Origin: a virus
Lineage: Duplodnaviria; Caudoviricetes
IMG/VR virus record: IMGVR_UViG_3300037466_002336
Location: 20,013 to 84,012 of that record
Reading direction: 5' to 3' (one strand)
Length of the DNA: 64,000 nt
This document shows, piece by piece, positions 55,738-64,000 of this stretch (positions are counted from its first letter, which is position 1; each line of letters begins with the position of its first letter). The notes under the pieces are model-generated. The model was not told the origin of the DNA. It worked only from the letters and a program-made list of their open reading frames with translations, and made no database searches. A program made the translations under genes and the position numbers.

Positions 55738-58257
55738 TGCTCGTGTTCCTGCTCGCATATCTGGCGTTCCGTCTGTCGGGCGGGCACGGGTGGCAGCCGG
55801 TCGCGGTCGCGGTCGTCGTCGCGTACCTGGCGAACGCCTGCCGCAAGCTCGGCGTGATCGCGAAGGCGTGCGTGGACGCACGGAAGGAGGAGGGGTAACG
55901 GTGGCAGCACAGATCGACACGGTCACTAAGCAGGTGTTCATGTGGCAGGCGCTCCGCACGATGGCGGACTTCGTCGGCGGCGTGGACCCGGACGACCAGG
56001 ACGCGGTGCTGACGTGGCTTGGCAACGTCGGTTTGATCCGCGCCGATCGCGGCCGGCGCGGACAGGTGGTGCTCACCGCCCGCGGCGTGACGACGGTGTG
56101 GGTTTTCGCGAAGGCCGCCGCCGAGTACGCCGACGAGCGGAAGGGGGCGGCGGCCGCTGCGAAGCGGGCGGGGATCGCTCCTTCACCGGAGACGCATGAT
56201 GCGTGACCTTCGCGACCCGTTGAAGCTCGGCCGGGCGTACATGCGGCTGCGCAAGCATGGGCTGTCCGCCGTGGAGGCGGTGTACGCGCCCGCCGATCCG
56301 GTGCACGACCCGGACCCGGTGGAGCGGTACCCGCGCGACGTCGAGGTGCTGGTGCACACGTCGTATGAGCTGAGACGGAAGCGGGCGCCCGGCCCGAAAC
56401 ATGTTCGGCCGAAGCCCAAGCCGGACGGCGGACGGACGTTCGCGTGACCTGGCCCATACACGTTCGTGGAGGTGAAAGGCTGATGCAGGAGTTCGAGTTC
56501 ACGTTCGTGGTGCGCGCCGACGAGCAGTCGAAGGTGCGCGACCTCGGCAACGACGTGCAGGCTGGTATCCGCAACGCTCAGAGGGCGGGACGGCACACCG
56601 ACGTGGAGGTGGTGCAGGGGCCGACGATCGTGTTCGGCGACAGCCGTTCGGTGGTGCGTGACCTTTTGATCGACGCGGACGCGGAGCTGTCGCACATGCT
56701 TCACCGCGGGTCGTGGGCGCGCGACCGGCAGTATGTGTCCGGGCTGATCGGCCGGTTGCGGAACGCGTACAAGCAGCGGCCGTCGACGTGCACGCGCGGC
56801 GACCATCCGGCGGGCACACCATGCAACGGCTTTCCGGCACCGACGTGTCCTGGCTACGACCGGTGGGCGGGACCGGCGTCGTGACCGTCGTGAACCCGTG
56901 GATGGACGGGCTTGCATGGCAGTGCGGGTGCGTCGTCGAGGACCCGTCCGCGACGTGCATCTGCTACCCCGGCGAGTGCCGCAACCCTGGCGGCTGCGAA
57001 CCGGCGTGTCCGCGTTGCAGGGGCGGTGTCCGCAAGACGAACCCGGCGACGGTGTTGCGCTGCCCGGCGTGCGGGACGGTGCAGCCGTGAACGTCGATCC
57101 CGACAACACGACGGTACCGGCCGACCCGAACGCGGGAGGGAAGCCGCTCGGTGTGCGTCTGGAGGCGGAGCTGTACGAGTTGATCTGCGAAGGCATCCGG
57201 GCGGGCATGGGGACACGGGAGGCGCGCAGGTGGGCGCTCCGCAAGCTCCGCCGGAGGCTGCGGTCATGAGCTGGTGCGACTGCGGCCTACCGCACGTGGA
57301 GGCGGTGCTGTGCGACGACGGGCTGGTGTCGACGGCCGCGTGTGTTCATGACGGCACCGCGTTCGCGACCGGGTACACGTGCACCGGCCACGCCCATCTG
57401 CACGGCCTGCACGTGCGCTGCCTCTCACCGGTTCACAAGGTTGGTGCCGGTGCAGCCGTTCACACCGCGCCCGCCACAGCGGGCGCGTCCGTCATCAGCA
57501 CGCCGGCGCCGCGTCTCCCGTTGTGGGAGAGGCTGGCACGCTGCTTCTTCCCGGAGGTGGTCTAGATGCGTTTGAACAGCCCGTGGTGCACAGGGGGGGA
57601 CGGCGACAGGCACGGACGTCACCTGATGCAAGTCGCCGAGCCGGAGCCGGGCGCCCTGCTCGAGTACCGGTGCGTCGCGTGTAAACGCCGACGGCCGGTA
57701 GCCGACTCCGACTGGACCGACGACCTCCCGTTGTACGGGGACGCGCTCGCACGGGTGTCCCGTCCGGTTCTCGACCGCAACCGTGTGTGGAGCGAACCCG
57801 TCCGCATCAGGTTCGTCGACGTCCCCGACAGCCACCCGTACCAGGTGGAACTCGAAGCGCGAGTCCCCGGTGACACAGCGAACCTCACGGTCGCGCTCGA
57901 GACGCTCCTCGACGTCGCCGAACGCATCCGCGGCGGCGACCCGAACCTTCACCCGGAGGAGTGGTACCTCGCCCGCGACCACGCACGCGTCACCCTCAAC
58001 CAGTGGCGAGGTGGTGGCGACGACGTGTCGCCGGAGGGGTGTAGCGCCACCAGTTCGCCATCTACCGTGAACGCATGAGCGAGCGGTCGTACTGCATCGT
58101 GGTGTGCCGTCATTGCGGCACGGAGCCGTCGATCGGCTGGACGACGGGCGGCTACGACGCGGAGTGCGACTGCGGCTTCCAGCGGGGCGCGATCGTGACC
58201 GTGTGGGTGATGCTCGACGTTGACGAGGTGTTGGCGTTGGCGCGCCGGGAGTCCTGA
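55737..58257 (+). CDS. Run of small coupled hypotheticals (55737-55898, 55901-56206, 56196-56447, 56444-56884, 56881-57090, 57087-57269, 57266-57565, 57566-58078, 58075-58257), several Cys-rich
   Basis: Overlapping starts and stops, GC3 bias, no recognised family. Confidence 0.45.
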
Positions 58258-58949
58258 TGGCGAAGCAGGGCGCGAAGCCGCCGAAGCTTGATCCGGAGGA
58301 GGCGTTCGGGTTTTGGTATGCGGACGGGTCGCGGCGTACGTACGGGCAGGTGGCGGCCCGGTTCGGGGTGCATTACAACACGGTGCGGAACGCCGCCGAC
58401 GAGCATGATTGGGACGGCCGTGCGGACGGGCTGGATGAGAAGGCGCGGGAGATCGCGGATCGGCGGCTGGCGCATTTGAGGGCGCAGGCGACGTTGCGGA
58501 TCGCCGAGGTCGCGATGACGGGGATCGTGAAGTTCACGCAGCGGTTGCCTGAGAAGATCCAGGATCCGTCTGATCCGTCGAAGATGATCGCGAACCCGCA
58601 TGCGTTGGAGCCGGGCGAGTTGACGTCGATGGATCTGTATCGGTTCGTGAAGGTGTTGGAGTCGGTGGGGGTGGTGGGTTCGTCGGATGGGGACGCGCCG
58701 GTGGAGCAGCTTGAGGCGTTGGAGGATCTGCGGGCTCAGGTGGCGGCGATGTACGCGGCGGAGGTGGAGGACGGCGAGTGGGAGGAGGCGCCCGCCGGGG
58801 AGCTTGTGGCTGCCTCTGCCGGGGAGATAACCGCGGGGGCGGGTGGAAACCCGGACGGGCCGGGTTCGGCTGTTGTGGTGTCGCAGGTGCGGCCGCGGAA
58901 GCCGCGGAAGCCGAAGGCCGAGCCTGCACCGGCAGACAGCCCCGACTAA
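58257..58949 (+). CDS. HTH protein resembling a terminase small subunit
   Basis: AFGFWY..G.RRTYGQVAARFGV..NTVRN....DWDGRA..LD. Confidence 0.5.
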   Translation: MAKQGAKPPKLDPEEAFGFWYADGSRRTYGQVAARFGVHYNTVRNAADEHDWDGRADGLDEKAREIADRRLAHLRAQATLRIAEVAMTGIVKFTQRLPEKIQDPSDPSKMIANPHALEPGELTSMDLYRFVKVLESVGVVGSSDGDAPVEQLEALEDLRAQVAAMYAAEVEDGEWEEAPAGELVAASAGEITAGAGGNPDGPGSAVVVSQVRPRKPRKPKAEPAPADSPD

Positions 58950-59030
58950 CCCCCACCTTTACCCCTCACGAAATCCTAACGTTCGGGTGGAGTGTCCACC
59001 GGCACGGTTGGCATCATCACCGGTGACAGC

Positions 59031-59067
59031 GCCAGGCAGGGTGCGCAACCGGAATGGGAGGTAGTGG
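59031..59067 (+). promoter_or_regulatory. Leader motif variant GCCAGGCAGGG...GGGAGGTAGTGG
   Basis: ATG at 59070. Confidence 0.6.
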
Positions 59068-59069
59068 GG

Positions 59070-60733
59070 ATGGTGTTGCCGTGGTTCATCGTGTGGCTCG
59101 CCGAAGGCGCGCCCGCGCTGCACGAGTGGAACGGCTGGCTCGTGTCGCTGATCGTCTGCGCGGTGCTGCTGTAGTGGCCGACGGCATCGACTGGCAGCTC
59201 GCCGCCGAACGGCAGGAGCAGCGGCTTCAAGACCGCGAGCGGTACGACGCGCAACGGAGGGCCGCCGACGCCATCGTCAAGCACGCCGAGAAGCTGACCG
59301 GGCAGACGGTCACCGACGGGCAGCGCGCGCGCCTCGACGACTTCCTCGCCGCCGCCGGGAACGACGCCTGCTGCGGTGACCCCGCCGACTGCCAGGAGCC
59401 GTGCTGATGCTCGGTCGTCTGTGGTGCCTGCTGTGGTCGCACAAGTGGACGCACCTGTACGAGAACGGCGCCGGCCTGCCGGTGTTCGCGTGCCTGCGCT
59501 GCCGCGTCACCGCAACGAGAAGGGGGCTTTGATGCGCCACCTCACCGCGCACGAGGTGCGCGACCTCGGGGTGCTGCTCGAAGTGAACCGGCAGCTACTC
59601 CACCCGCGCGGCCTCGCGCTCGAGGTGACCTACGACCCCGACGACCCGGAACTGGTCGGCAAGCTTCGCGTTCAAGACCACCGCGACGACCCGGAAGGCG
59701 TCTACTTCGCCGAGCTCAACCACGACGACGTCGCGAAGGCGGCACGGTTCGCGGGCAGCGTGCGAACGCACAGACGGTCCGCGCTCGGCTACATCGTTCA
59801 GCCGCTCAACGAAGCGCTCAAGGAGCGCACGTGAGAGCGGTAGCGATGTTCGCCCGCCGACCGTTCGGGGTCACCGTCGGTGTCGCAGGCGCACGCTGGT
59901 TCGCCGGCGTCACCGTCAACACCGCGGCGAACGCGGCCGGGGTCGCCGTCGGATGGTGGCACACATGACCCGTCTCGAGAAACACCATCCCGTCGACCGC
60001 GACGAGGTCGTGTACACGCTCACCCTCAACGGCGGCGACCTGGCACGCGCCAGGCTCACCACCTACGACCGGCTGTTGCTCGCCGACTGCGACGCGTCGA
60101 TCGCAGACCGGCTGCTCGCGCTCGAACTGATCGTCCGACGCATCGAGCAAGCACACACGAACCCGGAGGTACCCGCATGCTGAGCAAGGCGAAGTACAAC
60201 AAGGCGCGCACCCTGCTCGCCGACGCGCTGCTGCTGCTCGACCCGCACGCCGGCAAGGAGCCGAAGGTCACCGAAGCGATCCAGCACATCGAGCAGGGCG
60301 CGATCGCGCTGGTCCGTTCCCGCGGCGCAGCCCCGCAGGCGTCCGCCGACGAGGTGCGCGCTCCCGCGTCGAAGGACGGCAAGTGACCACGGTGCAGCAT
60401 CCAGCGGTGCTGTCCGACGAGGACGGCGAGCAGATGTGGGTTCGCGAAGACCTGGTGCCGGAGATGGTCAACGGGTCCAAGCGTCCACGCATCGCGATCG
60501 AGCACCAGTGCCGCGCCGTGATCGCCAAAGAGTTCGGCCTTGGCGACGAAGCCTCCGGGTACTGGCTTGACCCCGACAAGCCGCTCCGCGAGATGCGCCG
60601 CGCCGTACAGCACGACGTCGACACCGACGAAGAAGGCGAAGGGCTCTCGCAATGGCAGGTCGACGACGGCTGGTATCTGCCGGTGCTGGAAGGCCAGACC
60701 GCCGAGGTGCGCTACTGGAGGCTCACGATCTGA
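59070..60733 (+). CDS. Run of small hypotheticals (59070-59174, 59174-59407, 59532-59834, 59965-60183, 60177-60386, 60383-60733)
   Basis: Coupled, GC3 bias. Confidence 0.45.
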
Positions 60734-61086
60734 TGGCTCTCGTCTGCTCGATCTGCGCCCACCCGCTGCGCGACCACATCAACAGGGACATCCTCGCTCG
60801 CGCTGCAACGAGAGCGGTCGCCCGAAAGTACGACGTCGGGAAGTCGGCGGTTCACCGGCACAAGAGCAAATGCCTACGCGACGCCGTGATCGCTGCGGTT
60901 CACGAGCGCGACAAGGAAGTGGAGCAACTCGCCCGCGATCTTGTCGACGACCTTCGCGACGCGATGTTCGAGCGCATCGTCAGCGCGTACAACAACGACG
61001 CGCCCGATGTCCAACGTGCGCACCTAGCGTCGGTACGCCAGAAGATCGAGACTGTCGCCAAGGCCGCAGGGTGGTGGAGCGAGTGA
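60733..61086 (+). CDS. Zn-finger/HTH protein of a type often found near terminase genes
   Basis: CSICAHP.R..IN......RAVARKYDVGKSAVHRH. Confidence 0.55.
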   Translation: MALVCSICAHPLRDHINRDILARAATRAVARKYDVGKSAVHRHKSKCLRDAVIAAVHERDKEVEQLARDLVDDLRDAMFERIVSAYNNDAPDVQRAHLASVRQKIETVAKAAGWWSE

Positions 61087-61925
61087 CTGCTCTCGAGGTC
61101 GCCCGGTCGCAAGACGCGCAGCTACTCGACCTGGACGATGCCGTCGGTGCGGTCGAAATGCTCGTCGCCGCGCAGCAGGCAGACCAACTCGACGACGCGC
61201 GCAACAAGGCTGAGGCGTACGCGCTGTACGAGAAGCAGCGCGGCAACGCGAAGCGCGAACGGCACTACGCGCGGCTTCGACTGCTCGCCGAGGCTGGACT
61301 TGGCGTCTTGTCCTTCGGCGACCCGACAGTGGTTGGCAATGCGTCGAAGCGCACCGCGTACCGCGCGCTGGCGGCGGCGTTCGAGCGCGGAAAGCTGCTC
61401 GAGGTGGCGGATGCGTGCGCGCAGCGTGAGCGCCCGCTCTCGACAGAAACCGTCGCATCCGAATCGCGCGCTCGGGGCTACACGTACGCACCGGGAAAGG
61501 CGCTCGGACGGCGGGAGCCGTTGCCGTGGGCGAAGGGACGTCAAGAGCTGATCGACAAGGGGGTTGACCTCGCGTCGGTTCCGCCGGCGACCGAGTACGT
61601 CAAGAGGAAGCAGCGCGAGTCCGAGGATGCGAGTCGTCGGATGCGTCGCATGTACCTGGCGGCCGACCGGATGAAGCAGATGCAGGCGCGGCGCGAGACG
61701 ACGCGTCTCGCAAAACAGGCCGGTCCCAAGACGGACGCCGCGTACGGGTTGCTGCGGAAGACGCTCCAGGCGCTCCACGACGCGCAGTCCGATTTCACGC
61801 GTGCCGAGCGCAGCAACGACCTCGAGATGGCTTTTCACTACCTGTACAGGGCGGAGGAGCACATCGGGTCGGCGCTGCGCTCACCTGATCGCGAAGACGA
61901 CGGCAGTCGAAAGGCGGCGCTCTGA
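61083..61925 (+). CDS. Hypothetical helical protein, 280 aa
   Basis: GTG 61083; LDDARNKAEAYALY...RLRLLAEAGLG. Confidence 0.55.
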   Translation: MTALEVARSQDAQLLDLDDAVGAVEMLVAAQQADQLDDARNKAEAYALYEKQRGNAKRERHYARLRLLAEAGLGVLSFGDPTVVGNASKRTAYRALAAAFERGKLLEVADACAQRERPLSTETVASESRARGYTYAPGKALGRREPLPWAKGRQELIDKGVDLASVPPATEYVKRKQRESEDASRRMRRMYLAADRMKQMQARRETTRLAKQAGPKTDAAYGLLRKTLQALHDAQSDFTRAERSNDLEMAFHYLYRAEEHIGSALRSPDREDDGSRKAAL

Positions 61926-63737
61926 TGGCACGGTCGAAGTCGCAGCCCGCCCTTGTCGGCAACCTGTCCGCGTCGAAGAAAGCGATCGTCGGGAAGGACG
62001 GCGTGTACATACTCCACGGCTCCGACTGGCGGTACCTGACGTGGCGGGAAGTCGACGCGCTCCTAGCGATGCGGACGGAGTTCCAGCAGAGCCGGGCGCT
62101 CGACCTTGACATGCCAGCCGGGAGCGCAACGTGACCTCCCGCGACGACACCACGGGAAACTGGCTTGCGCCGACACCGTTCGTGACCGGCGCGCTGCGCC
62201 GCTCGACACGGCCGTCACCGCTCGCCGAACTGCTCATGCGTGAGCATCGCGAACGGTTGGCGTCGCTGACACGGCGCGACCGGCTACGCATGAACATCAC
62301 CCGGAAGGGACGGGAGCTGCGCTGGCGGCTCGCGACCGCATGCCGGGTGCTGGCGCACGGCGACACCGGGGAGAACGACGAATGGTGATCGCCGTGGTGT
62401 TCGTGCTGGCGGCGGTCGCGTGGGTCGGGGTGTGCGTGGCGGTGCGGCAAGGCAACGACGTAGGCCGTCCACCGACGAAGCTTGAGATCGCCGCACGTCA
62501 CATGACGACCGTGATCAGCACGTACACGACGTCGTTCGTGGTCGCGTCGCAGCACTTCAATGCGGCGTTGAAGGCGGCACACAAGCAAGCCGAGGCGTGC
62601 GCCGCCGCCGCGGGTGTCCCGGTGGTGACCGTTGACGGGCTACCCGGCGACACCGTGTACCTGGTCGACCGTTCGAAGCTGACACCGCCGCCGCCGTCGT
62701 TCGTGGAGCACGACGCGCAACGGCGGTTCTACAGGAAGGTGACGCTGTGACCGTCACGGCGAGGCTGATCGGCGGCCCGGCCGACGGCCGGATCATGACG
62801 TTGGGGTCACCGCTGTCGGTGCTGCGGTACCCGAAGCCGAAGCAGGCAAGTGCGTTCCACCCGGAGACGTCGACGCAGCCACCGATGGTGTCTGCGCTGG
62901 ACGTGGTCGAGTATGTGCCCACAGGAGTCCGGCATCACGACGGCGCATACGAGTACCTCGAACGGTCCGTGTTCGCCGCGGCGCGCAAGGCTGCCGTGAC
63001 CGGTGCGCGCCGCGACCTGCTCACCGCCGAAGCCGTCCGCAGATGGGACGCCGCCCCGGACCTGCGCCGGTTACACGACGAGCCGAACGTTATGGGCCGT
63101 GTGTGGACGTGCGGCGACTGCTGCTGCTGCTCGCAGGCCGAGGTGATCGGCTGGACCGGGGCGCACACCATTGACGGCGCCGACGCGGTGTGGCCGACGC
63201 CGGGCGAGCTGACGATCCCGTACGCCCGCAGCGCAAGAGCGATGACGGTGCGGCTGTGGCAGGGCCGGTTCTTCACCGACGGCGGCCACGACCGTGCAGC
63301 CGACGACCTGTTGTTCCTGCGCCGCTACCTGGACGAGTTCGCGCCCGTGCTGGCGCAACGCATGCAATGGGAGACGACGTGAGCAAGATCGAGTTGCGGT
63401 ATGTCGGTCCGGCTGAGCCGTGGTACTGCCGGTGCCAGGACAGGCACGGGCCGCAGCTCCGCGGCTCGTTCGTCGACAGGTGCGTGATGTGCGGTGAGCT
63501 CGCACCGCACGTCCAGCGGGTCGACCGGCCGCTTGAGCAGGAGGCGGCGTGACCGGCTCGCTGCCTAACGTCGTTCCTGGTCAGCGGTGGGAGTCGCTTG
63601 ACCCGCGTGACGAGGGGCTCCGCGTGACGGTGCTCGGCACGTCCGGCCCGGGTGGTTACGTCGAAATTCGGAGGTTCCGCAGGTCGCGCGTCAGGTACGA
63701 GCGATTCGTCAAGGCGTACAGGCTGGTCGAGAGGTGA
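61925..63737 (+). CDS. Run of hypotheticals (61925-62134, 62131-62388, 62382-62750, 62747-63382, 63379-63552, 63549-63737)
   Basis: Coupled, GC3 bias. Confidence 0.45.
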
Positions 63738-63867
63738 GCACCTCGCACCCGTCGTTGTCGCTTGGGGATCGGGTCCGCCGTCGGCTGGTCCGGACTCCGT
63801 GCCCGTGGCTTGTCTGGAAGATCACGCCGCGCCGTCTGCGCGACTGGATCGTGAGAGGAGCGTCGCT

Positions 63868-64000
63868 ATGACATCGCTGTGGGATGCCGCTTTCCGTGGG
63901 CGGTTGCTACGTCAGGCGCTTTCGACGGACGAGATCGCGCAGGCCGTCGAAGCCGCCGAGAAGGCCGAGGAATCCCGGCAGCGCCTCCTGACGTTCGTGG
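63868..64000 (+). CDS. Partial CDS running off the window
   Basis: AGGAG RBS, ATG 63868, open to the end. Confidence 0.5.
   Translation, partial: MTSLWDAAFRGRLLRQALSTDEIAQAVEAAEKAEESRQRLLTFV

Noticed and set aside
25645-63552. Many early genes end in EAA/EVAA, resembling a ClpX degron
   Set aside because: More simply explained by the next gene's SD (GAGG) plus a GC spacer and GTGA/ATGA overlap; no independent support
1-64000. tRNA or rRNA genes, reverse transcriptase/DGR, IS elements, terminase large subunit, portal
   Set aside because: No supporting motifs seen by eye; terL and portal presumably lie outside the window; a tRNAscan run was not possible

Overview
The whole window is one GC-rich temperate siphovirus genome or prophage. 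An actinobacterial host is likely but is an inference. It lacks only the terminase large subunit and portal, which probably lie outside the window. Order: head module (XkdF-like protease end, an inserted ~5 kb cassette, scaffold, major capsid), neck and tail module (two tail-tube paralogues, chaperone with a +1 frameshift, tape measure, tail hub, tail collar), lysis region, and a leftward serine integrase and repressor with an attP candidate. A long rightward early/middle arm follows: SSB, Rad52-like annealase, initiator with internal iterons, VRR-NUC, HD hydrolase, ASCH, SF2 helicase, DnaB, RNase H and many small ORFs. DNA modification genes are unusually rich: folE-queD-queE-queC-dpdA, a second TGT-like ORF, a circularly permuted C5 methyltransferase, an MT-A70 methyltransferase and a ParB-like protein. 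The least explained signals are two families of same-strand start-associated DNA motifs (GCACTAGAGGC x7; GCCGGGCAGGG...AGGAGGTAGTGG x4 plus variants) and two stand-alone serine-recombinase DNA-binding-domain proteins that both sit behind the second motif. All calls come from reading motifs by eye; no searches were run, and repeat counts are minimum counts.
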